A program made the translations under genes and the position numbers. The notes under the pieces were generated by a model that did no database searches, was not told the origin of the DNA, and saw only the letters and a list, made by a program, of their open reading frames with translations. A DNA stretch of 64,000 bases from Candidatus Methanomethylicia archaeon. GTDB taxonomy: Archaea; Thermoproteota; Methanomethylicia; Culexarchaeales; Culexarchaeaceae. Positions within the stretch are counted from its first letter, which is position 1. Each line of letters opens with the position of its first letter. The DNA lies in assembly GCA_038727515.1 (NCBI GenBank), contig JAVYVS010000006.1, positions 13,088 through 77,087 on the forward strand, in the 5' to 3' direction. Below, one piece after another: positions 21,430 through 31,165 of this stretch.

Positions 21430-21535
21430 TGATGGTTTTGATAGCTATGACTGAAGCTGCAAGAATTATAGGTTTAAATTATACGCCTCTTGTAGGTGGA
21501 ACCACATGGGTTTCCGTACCAAACGTATTCATTTG
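21429..21535 (+). repeat. 107-bp direct copy of internal livM segment 19533..19639
   Basis: Direct comparison gives 106/107 identity (single G>A). Confidence 0.95.
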
Positions 21536-21581
21536 AATTTAGCGTTTCCCCATAAAAACTTAAGAAAGTATGTGGAAAGTT

Positions 21582-22029
21582 TCATCTAACTTCTTCTCTT
21601 AGAAATCTTATGTATGATAATGCTAGGAATACTATTAGTATGGATGTTATGATTGCTAAATTTGGCCATGAAAGTGATAAGCTATCATATAATGGTATTG
21701 GTTTAAATGCTGAATATCTTATAAACATGCTGAAGGGTTCTATTGAGAATTTTGCATTCAAAATATTCTTACTAAATGTTTGATAATGTTGATCTGGTGT
21801 TAACATTCTTATTACTGTAATAACTTTTATTCTTGTTTCACTATATATTTTCTAGTACCATTGCTCCAATAGCGCTTGAAGCATTATAAATCAATTGTGT
21901 AAATGTTAACCATACAAGTATTGATATCAGTAGTGACATGGATGAATTCTTTGTGGTTATTGATGTAAATATGCTTATAGCCATATACATTAAGAGCAGG
22001 TGATACTGTAGATTATACGAAAATTGCAT
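21582..22029 (-). pseudogene. ABC-2 type permease C-terminal remnant
   Basis: Two short hydrophobic ORFs in different frames, ending SLSLSWPNLA...YIRFLREEVR. Confidence 0.6.
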
Positions 22030-22194
22030 TCCAGATAGTTGAATATGGGTTTAAACTATTTGATTTAGGGTTTATTAACATTTTTAGTATAATTCTAGCT
22101 TTAATATGTGTGTTTTCAACAGTCTTCATAATATATAAGCTACGTTTTAGAAAGTCCTATTAAAGCAGAAAAAGAATATGTGTTGATGATTTGT

Positions 22195-22659
22195 TTAACC
22201 AGTCTTTTGTATTACTGTGATGCTTCTAATAATTATTTGTGTTACAATCCCCTTTTCCATGTCCACTACTACTTGTGCAAATTCGCCTTTACCCTTCGTC
22301 AATAGTATTATTGCTCCTGTAGCTTTTAATGTTACTGTTCCATCTCCTTGAACAACCATTTTTATTACTGGTCTAATATTGGTTACATTATATCCTTGTG
22401 AAATTAGGTTTTGTACATCGCTATCACTTAAAGCAATATTTAACGCTTTTTCTTTGAATTCGTCGCTGATTTCAATAATGAATCCCTTCAACTTTTTATT
22501 CATTACTGGTGGGCAAATGTTTTGTTGCACATTATTATTCCACATCCACTTATACTGTTGCTTCCATACATATCCTGCATATACAGTTGTTAATCCTATG
22601 CCTACCAATGCTAGCACTAGCAAACTTAACAATACTATTTTCTTCATATATTCCACCAA
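22195..22659 (-). CDS. secreted hypothetical protein
   Basis: MKK plus hydrophobic signal peptide; coding-like composition. Confidence 0.75.
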   Translation of the reverse strand: MVEYMKKIVLLSLLVLALVGIGLTTVYAGYVWKQQYKWMWNNNVQQNICPPVMNKKLKGFIIEISDEFKEKALNIALSDSDVQNLISQGYNVTNIRPVIKMVVQGDGTVTLKATGAIILLTKGKGEFAQVVVDMEKGIVTQIIIRSITVIQKTG

Positions 22660-22788
22660 TATATTACCACTCCCCCGTTTTATTTAAGGTATATTTTGAT
22701 TAATGTTTTCCATAAAGTGTGGAAAATGTGTTTCAATATTGAAAAGCATTATATCTTCATGTTACACTATTTATTTGGAGATTTCATT

Positions 22789-23631
22789 ATGAGTTTGAAT
22801 ATTACTGTTTTCTCTGATAATTATGTTTCTATGAGGAGTAGGGGTTGTTGGGCTCAGCATGGTCTTGGAATCTTCTTAGAAGCTATATTTGATGATACGC
22901 GGTTAAATATTATTTTTGATGCTGGTCCTTCAAGTGATATTGTTAAACATAATCTTGATGTTTTAAATCTCGATTTAAGTATGGTTAATGCAATAATTAT
23001 TAGTCATGGACATCATGATCATACTGGAGGTTTAATTGAAATTATTAAACGAATTGGTAAAAGAGTTCCAATAATTACTCATCCAAAAACATTTTCACGT
23101 AGATTTGCTAAAAGAGATCTTAGAGTTGTGGGGGTTCCATTTACTAAAACTGATATTGAAAATTCGAGTGGAATTATCGTTTCATGTAGAAATAGTTTTG
23201 ATATTGCTGGGAGAATTTTTGTTACTGGTGAAATTGATAGAATTAATGATTTTGAAAAGGTTGAAGGTTATGTTATTGAAGAAGATAATATTCTTGTGGA
23301 TGATCATATAATTGATGATAGAGCTCTCATAGTGGATCTTAATGGTGAACATGTTTTAATAACTGGTTGTGCACATTCAGGTTTAATAAATACCATTAAT
23401 TATGCAATTAAAAATTATGGTGTTAAAAAGTTTAAAGCCATAATTGGAGGCTTCCATTTAGAGGGTGCATCAGATGAAAAGATTAATAGAACCATAAATG
23501 AACTTAAAAATATAAATTTTGAATATATTGTTCCAATGCACTGCACAGGAATTAAAATGATTTCAGCATTAATAAATAGTTTTGGGAAAAAAGTTAAGAT
23601 TATAAGTGTAGGTGAAACCCTTAAACTTTAA
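22789..23631 (+). CDS. MBL-fold metallo-hydrolase (MJ0301-like)
   Basis: QHGL, FDAG, SHGHHDHTGG, TGCAHSG, GGFHL and HCTG. ATG 22789 follows GGAG. Confidence 0.88.
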   Translation: MSLNITVFSDNYVSMRSRGCWAQHGLGIFLEAIFDDTRLNIIFDAGPSSDIVKHNLDVLNLDLSMVNAIIISHGHHDHTGGLIEIIKRIGKRVPIITHPKTFSRRFAKRDLRVVGVPFTKTDIENSSGIIVSCRNSFDIAGRIFVTGEIDRINDFEKVEGYVIEEDNILVDDHIIDDRALIVDLNGEHVLITGCAHSGLINTINYAIKNYGVKKFKAIIGGFHLEGASDEKINRTINELKNINFEYIVPMHCTGIKMISALINSFGKKVKIISVGETLKL

Positions 23632-23714
23632 ATCAAATTTTACAATTGTAAGTTTATGCTACAATATGTAGTTATTTGTAGAGTTATCTTGAAATTTAAA
23701 TAAATTTTTAAGTT

Positions 23715-24008
23715 TTATGAAATCTTTTTGTATACAATATCCTTCTCTCTAACTCTTTGATTAACCTTTAAACCTATAAGTTGACCGGCTTCGGCTCTTT
23801 CAACATTTTTATGTTGAATCTGCATAGATTCAACTATCTGCTCAAAATTTGTACTCGCCCCTTTAATTACTATTTTATCTCCAACTGATAATGGTGCACT
23901 TAATTCAACAATAGCAACACTTATACGTGGATAGAAATGGATTACACGACCTACATGAATAAGTTTTTCTTCACTCAAAATCTCAACCAAATACTCTATG
24001 CTCTTCAT
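23715..24008 (-). CDS. small beta-barrel protein (EF-Tu domain 2 / U32 C-terminal-like)
   Basis: GRVIHFYPRISVA...VGD...SMQI...GLKV..RVRE.D.VY. Confidence 0.75.
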   Translation of the reverse strand: MKSIEYLVEILSEEKLIHVGRVIHFYPRISVAIVELSAPLSVGDKIVIKGASTNFEQIVESMQIQHKNVERAEAGQLIGLKVNQRVREKDIVYKKIS

Positions 24009-24125
24009 TAATTAATAAATATTTTGAAAATTTAATGAATTTCTATGGTAAGCTTAAACTGGTAAAACTAAATCAATACGTTGAAGATAGAAAGAATTAA
24101 ATATATTAATTTTTAATTAATGGCT

Positions 24126-24788
24126 TTATATTAGCTTTAACCCCATGACCTTTGGACTATTATCGTATACTTCTTTAACATTTAATATTAAGCATGGTCT
24201 ATCCAATCTAGCTTGTGGTGGAGTGTAATGAAATGCATCATGAACCAAATTTACAAATTCATAATATGGCCCTTCAGTATGGATTTCTATTTCACCATGG
24301 ATTTCAAAACTTATGTTTGGAGGCATATAGTAGAGTAAACAAGCATGTCTATTACTTTGAAGGTTAATCCAAGTATGTTTAGATGAATTAGATCTACGTT
24401 TAGCTAATTCTAGAGTTGAAATTTTAGTGAAATCTACACGTTTATAAGCTTCTTCCTCCTCTTCAAAATATAATATCTCAAGTAATAATTTAATTCCCTC
24501 TTTAGCGTAATCACTTCTACTCATAGTTTCACCACGATCTAAATGTTCCCTGAGCTTCTCTATAGCTTCACTTAGAAATTCAGGTTTTAAAACGAATCCT
24601 GCACCAACAACTTTAGCATTAACAAAAATCTTTTCGTCAATAATACTTGCAGTAGCAAGAATAGGTGTATGCCTCATCATATTAATTAAGAAATCAGTAC
24701 CACTTGGAATTCCCTCAATCAACTGCTTCTTTAAAACTTTAACTCTACCAAAATATCCCCAATTAATAAATTCCTTAGGCAACATCAA
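24126..24788 (-). CDS. hypothetical protein, possibly pyridoxamine-5'-phosphate oxidase (FMN split-barrel)-like
   Basis: HTW.NL..N, SFEI and V.EVYDNS. Confidence 0.6.
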   Translation of the reverse strand: MMLPKEFINWGYFGRVKVLKKQLIEGIPSGTDFLINMMRHTPILATASIIDEKIFVNAKVVGAGFVLKPEFLSEAIEKLREHLDRGETMSRSDYAKEGIKLLLEILYFEEEEEAYKRVDFTKISTLELAKRRSNSSKHTWINLQSNRHACLLYYMPPNISFEIHGEIEIHTEGPYYEFVNLVHDAFHYTPPQARLDRPCLILNVKEVYDNSPKVMGLKLI

Positions 24789-25126
24789 TAATACATAAAC
24801 AACAACATTATTTATTGCTTTTTGACAATTAATACATCTATTAATGTGTTAAGCGTTATCTTTTTTATACTTTCTTATAACTTCATATGTAGCATTTATT
24901 GTCAATGATAGTATGAATATTATAAGCCCAACGTATATTTTATCGTATTCAAATAATTTCTTTATTTGTAATTTATCAAAGATTTGTCAATTCATTTTAA
25001 ATAGTTTTCATTAAGATGTAATTGCAAGTTATGAATATTTAAGTCTGATATGCCTATTAATGTTTAAATAAGTTTTTATCAAACTTTTATTGATTATTGG
25101 TAGTTTGTTAAAGTTTCTCCACTTAA

Positions 25127-25480
25127 CTATTTTTTAAATATTGTAGATGTTTCTCCTTCGAATATTGTATTCATTATGTTAATTATTTTTTTCATACTTT
25201 TACTTTTTATTTCTGTTAGTATTCTTTCTCCTAGTTCTGTTATTTTATAGTATTTTTCTGATTGTTGTGTGATGAAGCTTTCTATGAGCTTTTTATTTTC
25301 TAGTTCTGTTAGTATGTCGTGTATTGTGCTTAAGCTTGGTTTCTTATCTGTTAGTTTTTGTATTGCTTTTATTATTTGGTATCCCGTCATCATTGATTTT
25401 TGGAGTAATGCCAGTATTAGTAGCCTTAATGCTCCCCTTAGAAGCATCCATTCTATTTCTAATAGTTCTATTCCACTCAT
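25127..25480 (-). CDS. PadR family regulator
   Basis: TGYQII, PS.STI..L.ELE and KYYKITELG; translationally coupled to the rSAM gene. Confidence 0.88.
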   Translation of the reverse strand: MSGIELLEIEWMLLRGALRLLILALLQKSMMTGYQIIKAIQKLTDKKPSLSTIHDILTELENKKLIESFITQQSEKYYKITELGERILTEIKSKSMKKIINIMNTIFEGETSTIFKK

Positions 25481-26934
25481 GTACTTCCACTTTCCATAGT
25501 TATGTATTCATTGTATAATTTATTTATCTTTTGCCAATATTCTATGTTTATTTTGCATCCAGGGTCTGGTCCTTGTAGATCGTTGAAGTATGCGTAGGCT
25601 CTTGCTCTACATCCACCACAAATATATTTGTATTGGCATTGTCCGCATCCTTTAAATTCATTTCTATCTCTAATCTTTAATAGTATTGGTGAATTTCTCC
25701 ATAAATCTATGAGTTTATCCCTCTTTATATTACCAATTTTTATTGGTATGAATACGCATGGTGTTACATCTCCATTGGGTTCTAATGCACAATATAATCT
25801 TCCAGCTCCACATCCACCAATAAATTCAGCTAATGCTCTTGCTTTTCCTCTAAGTAGTTCCATTGCTGATTTATTTGAGAAGTGTGTTGCCATTAATGGT
25901 CCATTTCCAAAATTCACTGATACTACTGAGTATTGTGGTGCTGTTGAGAAGGTTTGTATTCTACAATTTGGTTGAATTAGTTTTCCATATAGATATGTTA
26001 AGATTTCTTCTCTTTCTTCAGGAGTTAAATCCATATTAATGATGTTTCTTCCTCTACCTACTGGTATAAAGTTGAATGCTATAAATCTCTTTACACCTAT
26101 ATCTTCAAGTATCTCTATTAATCTTGGTATCTCCTTTATATTGTTTCTAGTTATTGTTGTTGCAACTCCAACATCTAATCCTACTTTTATGCAATTCAAT
26201 ATTCCATCTACACTTTTCCTCCAAGCACCTTTTAAACCTCTAAAATTATCATGTGTTTCTTCCAATCCATCTAATGATATTTCAACGTACTGAACTCCTG
26301 AATCTTTAAGTTTCATTGCAGTTTCATAATTTATTAATGTTCCATTTGTAGCTATTGATATATAGAATTCCCTTTCATATGCATATTTTGAAACTTCATA
26401 GAAGTCTTTTCTCATTAATGGTTCTCCACCTGAAAATGCTATTGCCACAACCCCTGCTTCTTCAAATTGATCTATAACTCTTTTTGCTTCGATGGTGTTT
26501 AACTCATCTTCATCTGGTTTTTTACTTGCATTTTCATAGCAGTGTTTGCATTGTAGATTGCATTGTCTAGTGTAATTCCAAACCACTAGGAATGGTGCTA
26601 TTGTAATTTGTGGTTTCTCTACACCATAAGTTGCTATTCCACCTAGTATGTTTGATATTGCTCTCCTAATTAATGGGTTCTTCATAGCCTCTTTTAATTC
26701 TCCCTCATTTAATCCAAAACTTTTTGCTCCAATACTCAATACTGTTTTTATCGTTTGATACTTTATTTCCTCACTTAAACTTAACTTTACATTCATATCT
26801 GCATATTTCTTTAATATTTTGTTGAAGGATTCTGGATTTCCATTATAAATCTTCTTTAATATCATTCTTGATACTGGATTTCCAATCCATGTTTTTACTG
26901 TATCCACTACTGCTTCTACTTCCCTCATTTCCAT
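25477..26934 (-). CDS. radical SAM/SPASM protein (PqqE/NirJ/Ahb-like)
   Basis: CNLQCKHC, SGGEPL and SPASM motif CGAG..C..PC..CGQC...CGGCRARA...DPGC. Confidence 0.9.
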   Translation of the reverse strand: MEMREVEAVVDTVKTWIGNPVSRMILKKIYNGNPESFNKILKKYADMNVKLSLSEEIKYQTIKTVLSIGAKSFGLNEGELKEAMKNPLIRRAISNILGGIATYGVEKPQITIAPFLVVWNYTRQCNLQCKHCYENASKKPDEDELNTIEAKRVIDQFEEAGVVAIAFSGGEPLMRKDFYEVSKYAYEREFYISIATNGTLINYETAMKLKDSGVQYVEISLDGLEETHDNFRGLKGAWRKSVDGILNCIKVGLDVGVATTITRNNIKEIPRLIEILEDIGVKRFIAFNFIPVGRGRNIINMDLTPEEREEILTYLYGKLIQPNCRIQTFSTAPQYSVVSVNFGNGPLMATHFSNKSAMELLRGKARALAEFIGGCGAGRLYCALEPNGDVTPCVFIPIKIGNIKRDKLIDLWRNSPILLKIRDRNEFKGCGQCQYKYICGGCRARAYAYFNDLQGPDPGCKINIEYWQKINKLYNEYITMESGST

Positions 26935-26984
26935 CTATATTTATAGGTTTAGTTCTTCTATATATTCGTTTTTCGAATGATAAT

Positions 26985-27782
26985 TTACTTTAAATCTTTA
27001 GATAATCTATATTCAGTATCATGTATTTTAAATTCTTCTTCAATCATCCCCACTATAAACATCCTCTTTGTTGAATCAATTGGTATTATTATTTCATTTA
27101 CACCTTTATCCTTTGCATACTTCTTCAACCAATTTAAAACTACTTTTAATGAAGTTTGTGGTTCACTATATGATACAGCTAAATAATCTATGTATAACGA
27201 TTTCTCTGGTTTAAATTCTACTGCTCCACAAAATCTATCTTCTAAGTATATTAGATATGCATCTTCACATTTATAGTACTTATATATCTCTAGGTCTGCC
27301 TTTTCCGTTACAGTACTCCACCATGTTAATGGAATTCCATCGATCTTCTTAAGCTCTTCATTTGAAACTTTAAAACATCTAACTTTAACATTATTTACAG
27401 CTCTCCCTTCATTTAGACTCCACTTCATTAATATTGTTACTCCATCTATTACGTATCCATTCTTTAAATAGAAGGATAATGCTTTCAAATTACTATTTTT
27501 AACGTTCAACCTTACCTTCTCAATACCCTTTCTATAAAGTATCTTCTCAGCTTCATTTAGAAGTCTACTTCCAATACCCATACCTCTAAACTCCGATTTT
27601 ACAGCTATGGCCTCTATATATCCCTTACCTAAACTATAGTATAAGTGTATGAATCCGGTGATCTCTTGATCTAAACATGCAACTAAAAGTATGTTTTGCT
27701 TTTTATTCGCCATAACTATACTTTTGTACCATTCTTCATCTGCATCATCTAACTCCCTTATACTCTCACGATAAACATTCAT
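26985..27782 (-). CDS. GNAT acetyltransferase (two GNAT-like domains; start uncertain)
   Basis: IAV..EFRGMGIG and N..A..FY.KNGY. Homology extends upstream of the ATG (IIREARIED). Confidence 0.85.
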   Translation of the reverse strand: MNVYRESIRELDDADEEWYKSIVMANKKQNILLVACLDQEITGFIHLYYSLGKGYIEAIAVKSEFRGMGIGSRLLNEAEKILYRKGIEKVRLNVKNSNLKALSFYLKNGYVIDGVTILMKWSLNEGRAVNNVKVRCFKVSNEELKKIDGIPLTWWSTVTEKADLEIYKYYKCEDAYLIYLEDRFCGAVEFKPEKSLYIDYLAVSYSEPQTSLKVVLNWLKKYAKDKGVNEIIIPIDSTKRMFIVGMIEEEFKIHDTEYRLSKDLK

Positions 27783-27920
27783 TATACCATTTAAATCTTC
27801 AATTCTAGCTTCACGTATAATTAAATTTTTAAGTCAAGCCGTCTCACTAACCTGCAAGATCCCACCAATCCAAAATTTCAATATCTCTTTTAACATTCAT
27901 ACGTCGATATATAAACCTTT

Positions 27921-28445
27921 TTATAAATTTTCCAATAATTTCATGGTTATCCTAGCGGTTAAACCCCAAATGAAATAGTCTTTATAAAGGTATCCTTCCA
28001 CAAAATTTCCATTTATAATTTTGCCTTCAAATTTAAGTTTCTTTAATGGTATCCACATATAATCCCTAATTTCACGTGAAAGTTTAATTTGTGGTTTAAC
28101 CTTTAATCCAACAACTACTGGGTAAACCTTTAATCTAGGTTCATTTAATGGGTTAAATACTCCTAGGATCCCGATAATATCTTCTCTGCAAAATTTAAAT
28201 CCAATTTCTTCATAGGTTTCTCTAATGGCTGTTTCAATAACATCTACATCATAGTTTTTACATCTACCACCTGGAAAGGCTACTTGTCCAGACCATGGGT
28301 CCATAGGGTTAAAAGTTCTTTTAACATATAATGCTTCTAATTCTTCATGATTAGACAATAGTATGGATACTGCAGCTCTGTTTACATCAACTTTTAAATC
28401 TAAAGTTTTATTTATTAATTTTAAACGTAGATTTTCAAATATCAT
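27921..28445 (-). CDS. Nudix hydrolase, CoA pyrophosphatase type
   Basis: AAV, WSGQVAFPGG, AIRETYEEIG and IWGLTA. Confidence 0.9.
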   Translation of the reverse strand: MIFENLRLKLINKTLDLKVDVNRAAVSILLSNHEELEALYVKRTFNPMDPWSGQVAFPGGRCKNYDVDVIETAIRETYEEIGFKFCREDIIGILGVFNPLNEPRLKVYPVVVGLKVKPQIKLSREIRDYMWIPLKKLKFEGKIINGNFVEGYLYKDYFIWGLTARITMKLLENL

Positions 28446-28590
28446 TAAACTCCTAGATAATATGTTGTTTACATATATAATTACATTGCTTTAATGATTT
28501 AGTTTAATTGTTAATTATCATGTCTAGGTATTTAACGATTTACTGTTTATCATATTGTTTTAAATTGTCTTCTTAACATAAATATTTACT

Positions 28591-29689
28591 GTGAAGATTG
28601 CTTTATGTAGTGATTACTTTTATCCTAAGATTGGTGGTATAACTGTTCATATTGAGAATTTGGCTAAAGCTTTAGAGAATAGGGGTCATGAAGTTTTTAT
28701 AGTTACTAAAATGGCTGATTTTAATGATGAAGTTCATGGTTTAAGGGTTATTAGAGTGAAATCTCTGTTTAGAAGTTCTCAAACTCTTGATATTCCATAT
28801 ACAGATGAATTACTAAATATTTTTAGATTGGAAAAGCCTGATGTTATTCATGCTCATCATGCTTTTTCACCAATATCTCTATTTTCTTTAGCCATTGGAA
28901 AGAAGCTTAAAATTAAAACTGTTTTAACAAATCATTCAATTCAATTCTTATATGATGTAGCTTATCTCTGGAAGCCTTTCTCATATTTACTATTCCCATT
29001 AACGCAATACATTAATTATGCAGATAAAATTATAGCTGTTAGTAAAGCTGCTGCAATTTTCATGTCTCATTTCACAAATAAGTATGTAGAGGTTATTCCA
29101 AATGGTGTTAATGTATGGGACTTTGCTCCTAAAACGAAATTCTTCGATGGTAAGAGCATATTATTTGTTGGTAGATTGGTTTATAGAAAGGGGATACATA
29201 GATTATTGAATGTTATGGTGAATGTTGTTAAAGAGAATAGTGAAGCAAAATTGGTTATTGTGGGATCGGGATATTTGAGTTCAACAATAAAACTTGCAGT
29301 TAAAACCTTGAAACTTCAAGATAACGTTATTCTTAAGGGTAAATTGGGTAAAAATGAATTGATTGAAGAATATAAGAGGGCAAACGTCTTTATTTTACCA
29401 TCAGTATTTGGTGAATCCTTTGGAATAGTTTTACTTGAAGCTATGGCATCAAAAACTCCAATAGTTGCTGTAGCACAAGGTGGAGTGAAGGAAATTATAA
29501 GGAATTGGGAGACTGGTTTACTTGTGGAGGGTGAAAATAAGGTAAAGGATTTAGCTAAAAACGTAAATCTATTGTTAATGGATAAAAAAATTATCTGAGA
29601 GAATTGCTTACAATGCATTTAATGAAGTGCAGAAGTATGATTGGAGTGTACTTGTGAAGGAGATAGAAAGAGTATATGAAGAACCTTAA
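28591..29689 (+). CDS. glycosyltransferase family 4 (PigA-like), frameshifted near the 3' end
   Basis: SDYFYPKIGG, IPNGV, VGRLVYRKG and ESFGIVLLEAMA. ORF stops at 29598, but the C-terminal helix (KYDWS..IERVY) continues in the +1 frame after the A7 run. Confidence 0.85.
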
Positions 29690-29754
29690 TAATATCTCCC
29701 CTAAAATTGTAAATTAAACAAATGATATTAATGTGTTTGAATAATAGATTTTTG

Positions 29755-30993
29755 ATGTTTAAAATTGCTTTTAAAGATTCTAGTAAGTGTATGGATTGTG
29801 GTGCATGTGATCTTATTGTAGCTTGTTCTGCTGGTAGAGTTGGTAATCAAAGGGATTGTATTGGTTGTGGTGCTTGTAGTCTTGCATGTCCTTATGAAGC
29901 TATAAGTATGATTGATATGGAAAGGAAGAAATACATTTCTATTATAGTTAATGGTGAAAAATTTAGTGTTCCTGAAAAGATCACTGTTTTAAAAGCTCTT
30001 GAATTTATTGGATTTAAGATTTCAAGTTTTCCTGGTGAAGGTGATATCTTTGCTCCTTGTGGTGTCGGTGGATGTTGGAGTTGCGCTACAATGATTAATG
30101 GTGAACTTAAACCAAGTTGTATAACCCCCATTAAAAATGGTATGATCATTGAAACTAGACTTCCAGAAAATTATATTCCTAAAAGACTTATTCATGGCTG
30201 GATGGGTCATACTGTTGGAGGTGTTGGCACTCCATGGTGGCTTAAGGGTAGAAGATATATTGAAGCTGCAGCCTTTGCATGTGGCTGTAATCTTAGATGT
30301 CCACAATGTCAAAATTGGACAACAACATACTGTGGTACTGAAACTCCACTTACACCTCGTGAAGCAGCATTATTAATGACTGACACTAGAAGAATTTACA
30401 ATGTTGATAGAATGGCTATTTCTGGTGGTGAATGTACATTAAATAGACCTTGGCTTATCCAATACATAAAAGAATTAAAGAAACTTAATAGAGATGAAAA
30501 AGCTAGATTCCATGTAGATACAAATACAACTATACTAACCCCAGATTACATTGACGATTTAGTTGAAGCTGGTATGACTGATATAGGACCAGACTTAAAG
30601 GGATTGAAAACTGAAACCTTCATGAAGATAACTGGGATAAACAATAAAGATCTAGCAGAAAAATATCTTAAAACATCATGGAATGCCTTTAAATACTTAA
30701 TAGATAAATACTTTGGTAAAATATTCATTGGTGTAGGAATACCATATAATAAAGACCTAATAACACTTGATGAAATTGGAAAAATAGGTGATGAAATATA
30801 TAAAATATGTGGAGAAGTTCAAGTATGTGTATTAGATTATAGACCTGAATTTAGAAATAGAAGTATTTCTAGACCTAAATTCAATGAGATGATTAAAGTT
30901 TGGGAAATATTACGTGCATGCGGATTAAAAACAGTCATATGCCAAACAGAATTAGGCCATATAGGACCTGAAACAAGTAAACTAAAAATATGA
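29755..30993 (+). CDS. radical SAM protein (PflA-like) fused to 4Fe-4S and 2Fe-2S ferredoxin domains
   Basis: CMDCGAC, CIGCGACSLACP, CGVGGCWSC..C, CNLRCPQC, SGGE and DTN. Confidence 0.87.
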   Translation: MFKIAFKDSSKCMDCGACDLIVACSAGRVGNQRDCIGCGACSLACPYEAISMIDMERKKYISIIVNGEKFSVPEKITVLKALEFIGFKISSFPGEGDIFAPCGVGGCWSCATMINGELKPSCITPIKNGMIIETRLPENYIPKRLIHGWMGHTVGGVGTPWWLKGRRYIEAAAFACGCNLRCPQCQNWTTTYCGTETPLTPREAALLMTDTRRIYNVDRMAISGGECTLNRPWLIQYIKELKKLNRDEKARFHVDTNTTILTPDYIDDLVEAGMTDIGPDLKGLKTETFMKITGINNKDLAEKYLKTSWNAFKYLIDKYFGKIFIGVGIPYNKDLITLDEIGKIGDEIYKICGEVQVCVLDYRPEFRNRSISRPKFNEMIKVWEILRACGLKTVICQTELGHIGPETSKLKI

Positions 30994-31165
30994 TGTAGTT
31001 AAAGATGAAATTTATAATTTAGAATAATTTATACATAATTTTTTACATATATAAAATTATATTTTAAATAAATGTAATTTCATATTTCTCATAAATATAC
31101 TTATGTAAATTTATCATAATAATAAGTTAAAAAGATTTATATGTGCATATTCCAAAATTCATCTT

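Noticed and set aside
22789-23631. Evidence of methanopterin synthesis or methanogenesis
   Set aside because: MJ0301-like MBL proteins are widespread, and no other pathway genes are in the window.
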